Source: Lama glama (taxonomy: Eukaryota). Taken from it: DNA of 64,000 nucleotides. The stretch covers positions 31,312,001 through 31,376,000 of the forward strand of contig CM052818.1 in NCBI GenBank assembly GCA_028534125.1, given 5' to 3'. The position numbers and the translations under genes are program-made. Shown here piece after piece: positions 27,671 through 41,537 of this stretch; the stretch's first letter is position 1; each line of letters begins with the position of its first letter. The notes under the pieces were generated by a model that made no database searches, was not told the DNA's origin, and saw only the letters and a program-made list of their open reading frames with translations.

Positions 27671-28700
27671 AAGTATAATCAGTGGCCAGATCTTAGTCTA
27701 ATGCCTTTCTTTAATCAAAGGAACTTAGGGTTCCTCAGAGAAATGCTAGGTCTAGGGATGGGACAGGAAAAAAATACAAGGATCTTGTACCACCAGAAAA
27801 ATAAGAATCATTGAACAACAACAACAACAAAACAAAACAAAACAAATATGAAAATGGGGACCCAAAAGGACCTAAGAGCCAACCTGCAAAAACCCCCAAT
27901 GGCCAAAGCTGGGACAATTTCAGCAATAAAATAAATAACAGTAGTACTAGATTATAATCCAAAGAATAAAATAAATATTGACAGTTCATATTGGCATAAT
28001 TAAATAATTGGATAAATAAATGAGAAGGGACAAATCTTTATAGAATTGCAAATGAAATAGGGAAATACTCCCCTCTCCAGGAGGTAAAGCTTAATTCCAC
28101 CTACCCCCCAACCCCAAGCCCTTGTATACAGACTGTTCTTAGTGGATAAAATACACTGAGAGAGGAGAAAACATTAACTTTGTGGTGGAGAATCCTGGCA
28201 GACATCATCTTAACCAAATGATTACCAATAATGAGCCAGGTTGCTATCATGAACCTTCCTGATGAGATGAGAAAGGCACTTCACATTTGTGGTGCTTTCC
28301 CCCAAAACTATAATCCCCAACTAAGCATGAGGAAATGTCATAAAAAACAAATGCGAGACAAACTCAAAATGAGGGATATTCTACAAAATAGTCAACCAAT
28401 TCTCTTCAAAAGCACTGAAATAAAGACAGACTGCCACAGAATGGAGGAAGACTTAAGGAGACCCATGTGGTGACTAAAAGAAACATGGGATCCTCAACTG
28501 AACACCAGAACAGGAAAAGGACCTTAGTGGAAACACTGGTGAAATCTGAATGAGGCATGTTAATCTCTTATTTTGACAAATGTCCCATGGCTGGGGAAGA
28601 TGTGAACATCAGGGGACGATGGGTGAAAACAGGGAAATTTTCTGTACTATCTTTGCACATTTTCAATACATTGAAAATTATTCGGTATAAAAAGGTATTT
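27671..28700 (+). mobile_element. L1MC/L1MD-type 3' UTR (left piece at ~27140-27190)
   Basis: aaaggaacttagggttcctcagagaaatgctaggtctagggatgggacaggaaaa and tgtactatctttgcacatttt 3' end. Confidence 0.7.
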
Positions 28701-29799
28701 AAGAACATCCAGTGTCAGCATAAACTTCTGTTTAGTTAAAAAATACGAGTAATAGCTACTTTGCAGTCTAAATTTGAAGACCTACGTGTTCTTACTTGGG
28801 ATTCACTTACTATGCCATTTACTTGATTGTAATAGTTGAAGATTATCAGTAACAACATTTTTAAGATACAGTTTGGGTATTATTTTTATTGTGGGAGAAC
28901 ATTTTTAAATCTTGGCTACATGATATCTCCCTGCCTGGTATTCATTACACAATGGTGCAGCACTCAGAAATATCTGACTACAAGCATTAGGAAAATACAT
29001 TCTGTAAGATATATAAGGACTAAATAAGAAAATAGGTCAATAGGTTTTTGTAAACTCCCCTAATAATGACATATATAATAAGTACAACAGCTAATTCACT
29101 TCCCCCCAGTATTGCAAATACCATCACAATTTACAGGTACCTCACTTAGCCATGGGTGAAAGGACAACTGAAGGCACTCGAGTCAAGTTATCTATTGAAA
29201 TTAAGGTCAAAAAAAAAAAAAAACCAACCATAAAGTACATTGGAGCCATCTCTCCTATCATTTTACTGTTATTGTGAAGCATCCTTCTCGGAGCTGGCTC
29301 AAATTGATCATTTCAAATTGACTTTATTTGTGCTTCTCTACTAAATGTGAAGCAGATTGAAAACCCTAAAGGTCTCCCCAAATTTGTTTACTGCTTTCTC
29401 CTAAAATCACCCTGTTTTCATAAAAGCATTCATTTAAGATAGTTTTTAAAATCTACTTATTTAGGCAAAGAAATTCCTTACTTTTCAGTAGACCTGAGGA
29501 CACTGAAAGGCCTACAGTCGAAATATGCTTCAGAGCTCACTTCTGGGGATGCCTCACAGCCTGAAGCAGTACAACTAACTAACTGAGGTGCTGGAGATGG
29601 TACACATCAATGGGATATCCAGTTTGGATAACCAGCTGTATTAACTTCAGTAAGTAACTGAATGGATAACCTTAAAGTCCAGAACTATTTTCCCAAAGAC
29701 TCTATCAACTTCCGCACAGCTTGGGGGCTTGAGCTTTGTTAAGAAGTCAGCTAACATGGTCAAAATAAGAGCTTCAATGGATTTCCCTTCCTCCCCAGC

Positions 29800-29823
29800 A
29801 AAAAAAAAAAAAAAAAAAAAAAA
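29800..29823 (+). repeat. Poly(A)24 tract
   Basis: Seen directly in the sequence. Confidence 0.9.
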
Positions 29824-30094
29824 GGATCAAAACAACTCTGGCAACTGAAGCTATAAAATCAACAATTCAAGAACTTACTTTTCAACTAGCAGTAGAACAG
29901 CTAAGATGAAACTCATGTGTTAAGTACCTGAAAATACACAGAGTTATATGTGGTATCTAGTCACAGAACTAAAATATTTTAATATACTGTCTATATTTCA
30001 TTTGACAGTTTTCACAGAAATCTTAATTCATGATAAGCATTTAGTGAAATTTACTGAATGAGTGAATCAGTCTCATGTAAACACTCCGGGTTGA

Positions 30095-30400
30095 TATGTC
30101 TCACATAATATAAAGTCTGACCCCAAGGCTGATTCAGAAGTCAGGTTCTCACATTCTGTTCTGCCATCCTCTTTAATGCAAGATGGCTGCAGCAGCTCCA
30201 AGTATGATGTGCTCTCACAGTAATGCCTCAAAGCAGGAAAGGAGTGGCATGGCATCATCCCTTCATGAACTTCTCTTATTAAGGAGCAAAGTCTTTCCCA
30301 GAGCCTCCCTGTTACGTCCCTTTGGTGGGACTGGCTGATAGGCCGAGAAAGGCAATATGAAATATTTTCATCCTCTGTCATGGGATGTGTATATCACAGG
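30095..30400 (-). mobile_element. Old MLT1-type LTR fragment
   Basis: aagatggctgcagcagctccaag and agtctttcccagagcctccc motifs typical of antisense MLT1J/K. Confidence 0.45.
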
Positions 30401-31991
30401 GATTCACTGTTAGAAGTAGTGAAGCATCCTCTCTGACCTTTGGGTATTTAGTAATAAATACAACAACACAGGGAAGAAGGCTGCTGTGAAAGCTTCTGTG
30501 ACTTAGATTCAGTAGGAAGCAATAAACTTATCTCTTGTGGCTAGGTGACAAGAAAATTTGCTGTAAGAGTACCAACTATAGTTTAATCATTAAGTAGCTA
30601 GGAATCCTTGACTAGAAGCCCCCTTTGAAGAAAGGGTCAGAGAGGGAGCTTCGAATATATTTACTATAGAGATTCCTTCCAGGAAGTCCCAAGCAGTTGT
30701 TACTCAGGGTGACTAGGCTCACTTACCCTAATGTAGGTAATAAAATTGATGCCTTGAGTATACCAAAGAAACCGGCAGGGGTAAAGTGTTAGTGAGACTG
30801 AGCCTTCTGGAGAGTTGTCTTCAATCTAGAAATGTATTCATCTCATCCTTCTGAGTTGTAAAACAGGAGAGTAGCATGAAATTTGTTTAAATAAAACCAG
30901 GGTCCACAAATTGGATGGCACCTCTGAGTTTAGTATCTCCTTTGTTGTTACTAAGTGGTTACAAAGTTGGCTAAAAATAAAAATCTTTATGTGTACCACC
31001 ATTAGAAATAGCTGATGTCTAACTATCAGACATTTTTCTCTTAAAATCTAATTTCATGTATCTTCGCAAACTCTGCAGTTTAGTTAGCTTAACAAAACTT
31101 ATAATTTGAACTGGAATCTAAACACTTTTAATGGTTTCTTTCCTAGCCTGTTACGTAAGTCTGTTGCTTTTATACTTTAAGAAGAAACTTTCAAATTCTA
31201 AATTCTCGTCCATTCTCCAAACAGGCACTGTAGATATAAAATACTATTTCCCTTTAGTCATTCATAAATGAACTACAAGAACCAGATAATTATATTCCAA
31301 ACATCTGATAAGCAAGTATTTATTTAGAAATAATTAGAGATAGCAACATTAAATACTCCCTGAGGTCATGCCAAATTATCAACAAGCTAAGCCTAGTATA
31401 GGCTGAAGCAGGGCAGTGCTGACTACTAAGACGCATCCATTCTTTTCTCTTCCTTCATTTCCCCTGCAGACTCAGACTTTAATATACCCATTTGCAGACA
31501 CACTACATTTTTCTTGCCTACACCTCTGCCTTGCTTAATTTACTTTGCACTTATTCACTTTAGAGGTTTTAAAATCGGTCTTATTCTCCAATTCAAAATC
31601 TGTTCTCATTTTATGGTTTGCATTTTCATGAAATCCTATCAAGTCTTCAAACTTAAGAGTCTATAATGTGGAAGACACTGTAAGAAGCTTATAACTTGCG
31701 GGAAAAGAAAATGGGAAAGCTACATAGGAACTCAAGACAAAAGGAGACAATTTAACAATGATTAAAATGACTATACCAGTGCAAAGTAGGAGAAAGTAAA
31801 AATTAGGTGGTCAGAGAAAGAGAATATGGGTCTGTGAGACACGAGGAAAACCAGAGGTCTAATATGTATCTCTGAAAGGCAAAAGGTGGGAGAGTAGATC
31901 TTCCAAATGGAACTACAGAAATAACAGGCAGCAGCAAATAACACTACTGGCATTTAATTTAATCCTCACAACCACCCAATAAAGCTGTAGT

Positions 31992-34900
31992 ACTTTTTCA
32001 AAATTGAGATGTAATTGATGCATAACATTATATTTAGGTATACAACAAAATGATTCCACATATGTATATGGAATGAAATGATGACCATAATATGTCTAAC
32101 ATCCATCACAAGACACAATTACAAAGTTTTTTGTCACAAAATGACCACAGTATGTCTAAGTTAACATCCATCACGACAGTTACAATTTTTTTTCTTACGA
32201 TGAGAATTTTAAGATCTACTCCCAGCAACTTTCACATATACAATAGAGTATTATTAATTATAGTCACCATGCTGTACACTACACCCCCATGACCTGCTTA
32301 TTTTATAACTGAAAGTTTGTGCCTTTTGATCAACTTCACTCATTTTGCCCAACCACAAACCCTGGCCTCTGACAATCACCATCTGTTCTCTATATCTATT
32401 GAGTTCAGTATGTTTGGTTTTGTGTTGTTTTATTTTAACTTTTTGTGGGGACTCCACATGTAAGTGAGATCACCTGGTATTTATTTTTCTCTATTTGACT
32501 TTTCACTTAGCATGATGCCCTCAAGGTCCATTGAAATTGGTAAAATTACAGGATGTCCTTTTTTATAGCTGAGTAATACTCCACTGTATATATTTACCAT
32601 TTTCTTTATCCATTCATCCACTGATGGACACTTAAGTTGTTTCCATGTCTTAAGCTATTAATGCTGTAAGGAACATGAGGGTGCAGGTATCTTTTCAAGT
32701 TAGTATTTTTATTTTCTTCCAATAAATACCTAGAAGTAGAATTGCTGGATCATATGGTAGTTCTATTTTTTTTTTTTTGAGGAACCTTCATACTGTTTTC
32801 CACAGCAGATGCACCAATGTACATTCCCACCCACAACGGTTCCCTTTTCTCTATACCTCACCAACACTTGTTATTTCTCAGCTTTTTCACAGCAGCCATC
32901 CTAACAGGTGTGATGTGGTATCTCATGGGTTTGGTATGCATTTCCCTGATGATTAGTGATGTTGCGCACCTTTTCATATACCTGCTGGCCATGTGTACAT
33001 CATCTTTGAAAACGTCCATTTAGATCTTCTGCCCATTTTTAAATTGACTTGTTTGTTATTCTTCTAATGAGTTGTATGAGTTCTTTATATATTTTGGATA
33101 TTAACTCCTTGTCAAATACATGATTTGTGAATATTTTCTCCCATTCCATAGGCTGCCTTTTCATGTTGTTGATAGGTTTCTTTGTTGTTCAGAAGTTTTT
33201 CAGTGTGCATTTATCTTTGCTTTTGTTTCCTTTGCTTTTAGTATCAAATCCAAAAAATCATCACCAAGGCCAGTATCAAGGACTTGCCATGTATTTCTTT
33301 ATTCTAGGATTCTTAAGATTTCAGGTCTTATGTTCAAATCTTTAATCTATTTTGAGTTAACTTTTGTATATGGTGTAAGATAGTGGTCCAGTTTCCCCAA
33401 CACCACTTATTGAAAAGACTGTTCCTTCTTCATTGTATACTGTTGGCTCCTTTGTCATAAATTAAAATGTGGGTTTATTTCTGAGCTCTCTATTCTGTTG
33501 TATTGATCTATGTGTCTGTTTTTATGCCAATGCCATACTGTTTTGATACTATAGTTTTCTAATACAGTTTGAAATCAGGAAGCATTATACCTCTAGCTTG
33601 TTCATTTTGAAGATTGCTTCAGCTATTCCAAGTCTTTGTGATTTCATACAAACTTTAGGGCTGTTTGTTCTATTTCTATAGAAAAATGCCATTGGAATTT
33701 TGATAGGGATTGCATTGGATCTATAGATTGCTTTGGATAATATGGACTTTTAAACAGTATTAATTCTTGCAGTGCATAAGCACAGAATATCTTTCATTTG
33801 TCTCTTAAGATTCTTTCATCAATATTGTAGTTTTCAAGGCACAAGTATTTCACCTCCTCTGTTAAATTTATTCCTATCTTATTCTCTTTGATGCAACTAT
33901 AAGTGGGACTGTTTTCTTAATTTCTCTTTCTAATAATATTTGTTATTAGTACATGGCAATGTAACAGATTTTTGTATATTAATTTTGTATTGTGCAACTT
34001 TACTGAATTCATTTATTAGTTCTAACAGTTTTTTTGCTGGAGTCTTCGGGATTTTCTATATATATAATGTCATGTCATCTGCAAATACTGACAGTTTTAC
34101 TTCTTTTTTTCCCCAGTTTGGATGCTGTCTATCTATTTTTGCCTAATTGCTCTGGCTAGGACTTCCAATATTACATTGAATAAGAGTAGCGAGAGTGGGC
34201 ATCCTTGTCTTGTTCCTGATCTTAGAGGGAATGTTTTCAGCTTTTCATCACCATTAAGTCTGATATTAGCTGTGGGCTTGTCATATGTGACCTGTAATAG
34301 GTTGAAATACATTCCCTCTATACCTACTTTGTTGAAAGTTTCAATCATTAATGGATGTTAAATTTGTTATTGTTGCATCTGTTTGAAATGATCATATAGT
34401 TTTTAATCCTTCATTTTGTCAGTGCAGTATATCTCACTGATTGATTTGCAGATGTTGAAATTCTTTGCATCCCTAGGATAAATCCCACTTGATCAGAGTA
34501 TCATCCTCTTAATGTATTGCTGAACTTGGTTTACTAACATTTTGTTAAGGATTTTTGCATCTATGTTCATCAGAAATATTGATCTGTAATTTTCTCTTCT
34601 CATGGCATCTTTGTCTGGTTTTGATATCAGGGTAATGCTGGCCTCATAAAGTGATTCTAGAAGTGTTCCCTCCTCTTGTATCTTTTGGAAGAGTTTGAGA
34701 AGGATTAGTATCACTTCTTTAAATGTGGGGAAGAATTCACCACTGAAGCCATCTGGTCCTGGACTTTTGTTTGTTGGGAGGTTTATGATTACTGATTCAA
34801 TCTCCTTACTAGTAATGGGTCTGTTCAGACTTTCTATTTATTCATGATTCTGTCTTGCTAGGTTGTATGTTTAGGAATTTATCCATTTCTTTTAGATTGT

Positions 34901-37900
34901 CCAATTTATTGGTATATAATTGTTCACATTAGTCTCTTGTGATTCTTTATATTTCTGTGGTATCAGCTGTACATCTCCTCTTTAATTTCTGATTTATTTA
35001 TTCGTGTCCTCTGTTTCTTGGTGAGTCTAGCTAAAGGTTTGTCAATTTTGTTTAGCCTTTAAAAAAAAAAAACCCAACTTAGTTTCACTGATCTTTTCTA
35101 TTCCCTTTTTAGTCATGTCCTTTCTTCTAACTTTGAGCTTCACTTGTTCTTCTTTTTCTAGTTCCCTGAGTTGTAAAGATAGGTTGTTTACTGAGATCTT
35201 ATCAGTATGAACTCCCCTCTTAGAATTGCTTTTGCTGTATTCATAAGTTTTGGTGTGTTGTATTTCCATTTCCATTTGTTTAAGGTATTTTTTGATTTCT
35301 CTTTTGATTCCTTCTTTGACCCATTGGTTGTTCAGTTGTATGTTGTTTAATCTCCACATATATGTATTTTCCAGTTTTTCTTCTTAGAATTGATTTCTAG
35401 TTTCATAACGCTGATTAGAAAAGATTCCTTGACATGATTTCAATCTCCTTAACTTTCAGGAAACTTGTTTCGAGGCCTAACATATAACCTATCCTAAAGA
35501 ATGTTCCATGTGCACCTGAGAAAAATGTGTATCTTGTTGCTTTTGGATGAAATGTTCTGTATATGTCTCTTAGACTACACGTTAGACCAAATGGACTTAA
35601 AGCCAATGTTTCTTTATTGATTTTCTGTGTGGATGATCATCTATTGATGAAAGTGGGATATAAAAGTCCCCTACTATTATTGTATTGCTATTTCTTCCTT
35701 TAGGTTTGTTAATATTTGCTTATATATTTATGTGCTCCTATGTGGGTGAATATTTACATATGTTATATCCTATTGTTGGACTGACCCCTTCATCATTATA
35801 TAATGACTGTTTTTGTCTTTTATCACAGACTTCGTCTTAAAGTCTATTTTGTTGGCTATTAAACATGACTAACTCAGCTTTCTTTTGGTTTCCATTTGCA
35901 TAGAATATCTTTTTCCCTCTCCTTACTTTCAGTCTGTGTGCGTCCTTACATAGGAAGGAAGTCTTTTGTAGGTACCATATAGATCTTTTTTTTTAATCCA
36001 TCAGCCACTCTATGTCTTTTGATTGAAGAATTTGATCCATTTTACATTTAAAGTAATTTTGATAGCTATGTACATACTGCCGTTTGGTTAATTGTTTTGT
36101 GGCTCTTTTGTAATTCTTTTGTTCCTTTTTTCTTCTCTTGCTCACTTCCTTTGTGATTTGATGATATCTGTAGTAGTGTGGTTAGATTCCTATTTCTCTA
36201 TCATTTGTGCATCCACCACAGTTTTTTGGTTTGTAACAAGTAACAAAGTATATTTGTAACAGTCTATTTTAAGTTGATAACTTACATTGGAACACATTCT
36301 AAAGCTGTACATTTTTACTGCTCTCCCATGGTTTATGTTTTTGAGGTCACAATTTATATATTTTTAGCTTCTGCATCCCTTTAAAATTATACTTATTTTT
36401 AATACTTTGGTCTTTTAAACTTCATTCTAGATTTAGCAGTGATTAACCCAGAACCTTTACAACATTAGACTATTCTGAATTTTACTATACATTTACCTTT
36501 ACCAAGGATTTATACTTTCATATGTTTCTGGGTATTAATTAGCACCTTTTCATTTCAGCTTAAAGAAGTCCATTTAACATTTCTTTGTAAGGCCAGACTA
36601 GAAGTGATGAACTCCTTGAGCTTTTGCTTGTCCAGAAAACTCTCTTCCTTCAATTCTGAAGGGCAACTCTGCCAGGTACAGTTTTCTTGATTAGCAGGTT
36701 TTTTTTCTTTCAGCATTTGAAATGTAGCATAATACTCCCTTCTGGTCTGCAAAGTTTCTGCTGAAAAATATGCTGATAGTCTTACGGGGGTTCCCTTGTA
36801 TGTAACAAGTTGTTTTTCTTTTGCTGCCTTTAAAATTCTTTCCATATCTTTAAGTTTTGAGACTGTAATTATGTGTCTTGGTGTGAGTCTCTTTAAGTTC
36901 ATCTTACTTGGAACTCTCTGGGCTTCCTGAATCTGGGTATCTGTTTCCTTTGCAGGCTGAGGCAGTTTTTAGCCACTGTTTCTTCAAATGTATTTTCTGC
37001 CCCTTTCTTTTTCTCTTCTCCTTCTGGGACCCCTATAATATAAATGGTAGACCACTTGATGTTGTCCCATAATTCTCTTACATTATCTTCACTCTTTTTC
37101 ATTTTCTCTGCTTGCTGCTCTGGTGGGATACGTTCCACCACCCTGTCTTTGAGTTCACTGATCCTTTCTACTACTTCATCAAATCTGTTACACCCTTTTA
37201 TTATATTTTTCAGTTCAGTTATTGTATTCTTCGGCTCTGTGACTTCTGTGTGGTACATTCCTGTATTTTCTATCTCTTTGTTAAACTTCTCGCTATGCTC
37301 ATGCATCGTTCTCCTGAGTTCAGTGAGCATCTTTAAGACTGTTATTTTGAACTCTTTTATCAGGTAGATCACTCATCTCTGTTTCATTAAGGTCTTTCCC
37401 CAAGGTTTTACTTTGTTCTTTCATTTGGAATATACATTTATTTCTTCATTTTCCTTGACTCTGTGTTGGTTTTTTTTATGCATTAGATAAAACACCCGCC
37501 TCTCCCAGTCTTGAAGGAGTGCCTTCCTGCAGGAGATGAACCTTATCATTCAACCCTTAGTTATCTCTTAAACTTCTAGGATTGTCTAAGCAGCCTACTT
37601 TATTCTTAGGGGCTCTCCGTAGTTGAGAGTGTGCTGTTGGGGAAGATCTCAGCACCTTGATTCAGGCTTACTGGAAGTCAGAACCTCGGGCAGCAGCTTT
37701 TAAAGAATGCAAATATACCTCTTTTAAGGGAAGACTTGGACATGGGCTCTTCTGTCCGCTCCCTCCACACTGAGTCCTACAGTGACGGTTGGTTAAGAAT
37801 TGTTTCTTTGTTTGCTACTGTCCCACTGAACCTATGAACACAAGTCCACTGGCTACAAGAGCCAATCATCAAGGGATATGTTCTCTGGGTGACAGCTACA

Positions 37901-38645
37901 AAAGCCAGAGTGCCAGACAAGTATACAAGCTCCTTTCTCAGAGACACTGGTGACCAGGGGTGGACCAGAGAGTAAGTGAAAAGACATGCCCACCCTATCC
38001 TCCAAGGTCTCTGAAGAGGATTACAGTCCCTTAGGTGTATGTTTAATTAGAAGCCTGCCCCTCAGGCCACAGCCAGGAAGATAAGCAAATAGGCCTCTTT
38101 CACAGAAAAACAGGTACTTTTCAGTCAGCTGCTTTTGCACTGGGTCCTGGAGTACAGCCAGGTGAGTGCACAAGAGCCCTTTAAAAACTACTTCTCAGTT
38201 TACTGTATAGCCTGTGGGTCTCATGGGCACAAACCCCATTGGCTTTCCAAGCTTGATGTTTGGAAGGCTCATGTCTCAGGTGCAGGTGTTAAAAGTTGGG
38301 GTGCTAGATGTGGGGTTTTCAAAACCTTCACTCCTGAGGGAGAAGCTCAGAGTTGTCAGATTCCTCCAATTGCCCTGTGTTCCTGGCTGTACCTGTCCAG
38401 AACAGTTTTTGTCTGGCTGAACTGCTGGGAAGGGAGAGGAAAGGAGTGTGCATTGCTTCAAATAGTGCAGATTCTCACTGTTCTTAACGAATCTTGGCAA
38501 ATTTTTCCTGAATATATGTTTCTTCATTTGCTGTATGTCTGCAGGACCATTTCTAGACACTAGATGACTATTATTTCAGAATTTTCACTAGTTTCACTGG
38601 GGAGTAGATTTACAGAGCTCCTCCTACTGTCAAGCTGGATGTGCC
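31992..38645 (-). mobile_element. Near-full-length degraded LINE-1 (~6.6 kb): 5'UTR ~38645-37400, ORF1 remnants 37372-36555, spacer, ORF2 remnants ~36083-32480, 3'UTR
   Basis: ORF1 peptides IYIIGVPEGEE, TPRHII...ERILKAAKEKQLVTYKGTPVRLSA. ORF2 peptides [41 protein letters not shown]. Many stops and frameshifts. Confidence 0.92.
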
Positions 38646-40019
38646 TCTCAGGTCACTTTTTATGGCCAACATGTTTTCTTGATTATTGTTTTAAATATTA
38701 CCCTTGCAATATTTTAAGTTACTTTGTTTTGACTGGCTTCATTAAAGGTTCAAATTATATAGATGTTAGACCTCCTTTGATTATCTTCCATTTCAACTAC
38801 TATTTCTCTGACAATTTTTCTTCTTCTTCTTCCTTTCTGTTCTGTTTTCCTATAATGCTCTTTATTAAATTTTCACTTTACTCTACTTCCTCTTGGGCAT
38901 CTCAAAATTTACTCATTTCTCATGTAATTTTTTCTTTTTTGTCTTTTTGGCTTGAATTCAACTGACTCCTATTACATTTCTTCTTGTTTTCTTGTCCATC
39001 ACTGTTCTTTGTATTTCTCACTCAAAAGTGTCTTTATGCTTATTTGATGATAGTTCATTCAGTTTAGAGTGTTGTACAGTGTAAGCTTTTGTTTTTTTCA
39101 GTTCAGTCCACTACTTAAGTTTCTTTTATGGATCTAAAATCCTTTTATGGTTACTGGGTTTTAATGGATTAATTCGGGGTTGTGGGGGAAGGTGGGAGTG
39201 AGCAAAAATTGTTTTTTCTTGCTTCCCTTTTTATTCCTGCAGGCTTTTGAATTTCCTTGTTTTCCTTCACTGTCACACTTCTAAGGGAGCTATCCCTTTT
39301 CTGTGTATCTCATTCTCCCTCAGAAGCAATGCTTCTCTGATGCTGCCACTTCAGGTCCCATTGTCTTTCTAATCAATTCCCTATACATTGTGCTGTGAAA
39401 TACTATGTACTGACCTGTGTTCAGCATTTTGGCATTTAGCAATAGGCTTTAATCTTTCTGGGGATGCTTCTGTTTGTGCTTCTTCTCATCTGTCCATGGC
39501 CCTCTACTCTTAAGCCTCTCTTCTCTCTGGGAACCCACAGGTCTGCAATGGTGGGAAGACAGAAGGAACTCTTTTGGACCTTATTTCTCTGCTTAATACT
39601 ATAACCTTCTAATTGCTTTCTTTGTCTCCTAGTCATGCTGAAGAGATGAGTGATATGTGGTTTTATTTCTTCTGATTATTGACTGGATGATTTTTTTTTT
39701 TAAGAATAAGGAAACCCAGGGAGTTGCCACTGTCCTCCAAAAACCTTTGTAAGAAGGCTTTTAAATATGGATTAAATCCCTTTATTAGACACAAGGTTTT
39801 AATTTTCTTCTTTGCTTCCACTGTTGTCAGGTTTTATCAGTTGTATTTTTCTGAATGTAATTTGTTGATTTCATATATATTTGTTTAATTTCATATATAT
39901 TTTCAAGCTCATTCACATAATGTTCTTAATATTCTTTTACTAACTTTTATGTAGAATCAGGAATAATAACTACGATTATCATTCTTGATCAGTCTTTTTA
40001 AAATATTGACAAAACCTGT

Positions 40020-40245
40020 GACATTTCTCCCACCAAAGGTGAAGTCTATGCTCCCTCCCCTAGAATTTTTGAGAACGGTGACTTCTTTCACCAATAATGT
40101 CCTCTGGTTGTGGTGCTATATGAATTCTGGGGCTAAGTTATAAAATGCCTTGTGGTTTCCTGGTGGTTCTATGGGGACGTCTGCTCCAGGGAAAGCCAGC
40201 TGCCATTTTAAGAAATCTGACTATCCTGAGACCACAATACTGTAA
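40020..40245 (+). mobile_element. MLT1F/G/H-like MaLR LTR fragment
   Basis: tcccaccaaaggtgaagtctatgctccctcccctagaa...gaaagccagctgccat...ctgactatcctgagaccac. Confidence 0.6.
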
Positions 40246-40885
40246 AAGTGGCAAAAAGAAAGACAACACTATAAGCGTGAAGGCAACTAAAACGCAAACA
40301 CACCATACTTCTTACTAGTCTATCCTGAGGACAATGCATGCACTTTGCCTTCACAAATCCTGAACATTTTCAGTACGCTGACAGAAACACGGTTTAGAGG
40401 GCAAAGAATTCAAATAAGAAATATTACACAGGAAACTACAGAAGTGTAGATGTAAATGGATGAGGCTGTCAGTATAGTGGGTGCCTCACATACTCATATG
40501 CAAATAACTAGTTTTGAATATATTTTTAGTCTGTTACCACTACTTCACATTAAGAAGTGGAGGGCAATTAAGATTTAACGTGCAGTGCAGAAGTATCCCT
40601 ATTCACCACTCAGTGAATGTGTTGCATTCTTAACTGTGAAAAGCAACATTTCTAGGAATGTTAATATTATAGTATACAACAAGTACAGTGAAAAGACTTT
40701 TAAAAAAAAAAGGATGGATTAGGTAAGTTCAGAAAACATCAGCACCTACTATAATGCCTGGAACCAATGGGTAATCAATTAATATTTATTAGATGAATGT
40801 GAACCAGTTCCATACAAGTACCTCATCAGCCCAGATGAGTTTCTGGGTCTAAATTACCACAAGCATGACTTGCAATAAAAAGTTA

Positions 40886-41012
40886 CAGGGAACTATATTC
40901 AATATCTTGTAGTAACCTATAATGAAAAAGAACATGAAAACAAATATATGTATATGTATGACTGAAACATGCTGTACACATTGTAAACTGACTATACTTC
41001 AATTTAAAAAAA
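40886..41012 (+). mobile_element. Short 5'-truncated L1 3' end (cetartiodactyl-type)
   Basis: cagggaactatattcaatatcttgtagtaacc...ttgtaaactgactatacttcaatttaaaaaaa, closely similar to 44402-44545. Confidence 0.8.
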
Positions 41013-41338
41013 GGCATTTAACCTTAGGTGAGGACAGGGGGCAGTTACTGAACTATCCATTCATATCCTTCAAATTTTTGGTCCCTCTGGAACCATATCT
41101 ACTTCCTTGAGAATACTTATTCTCTTTCAACGTTAACATATTTTTTTGAAACATCTAATCTGTTATGACTCCCTAAGGAAAAAAGGTACTGCTGATTAAT
41201 TTTAGGCTAGGGAGGAGAAAATGGGAATGGCTGTGATACTTTAGAACTACAGAATAACTTACTAAAGTCCACTTAAGTGAGTAAGTACATCACCTATGAC
41301 ATAGATGAACAACTGAAAATAATTTGTGAATAACCTAC

Positions 41339-41537
41339 CAAATCCAGGAACACTTTTGAGACTGGCTTTGAGGCAAATTTTCTCTAATTTGAGGTAGCTA
41401 TATCTTATCAGGCAACTCCACAGGAACATCCAGTCCGTTCTTGTCCGATGATTCATGATAATGACACTTCTTTCTCCCGGAACAAATGCATCACCTGTAA
41501 CAATCACTTTTACACCAAACATGGTTTCCAGTAATGC
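41339..41537 (-). CDS. LCLAT1: LCLAT1 coding exon, 199 nt (ALLETMFGVKVIVTGDAFVPGERSVIIMNHRTRTDWMFLWSCLIRYSYLKLEKICLKASLKSVPGF-G), contains catalytic NHX4D motif
   Basis: Acceptor ttttttccttag|GCA and donor TTTG|gtaggt. Phase 0 in, phase 1 out. Contains glycerolipid acyltransferase motif I, NHRTRTD. Confidence 0.97.

Noticed and set aside
34133..37372. ORFs with reverse-transcriptase, endonuclease and coiled-coil similarity as a possible novel RT system
   Set aside because: They are fragmented LINE-1 ORF1/ORF2 remnants in canonical order, with many stops.
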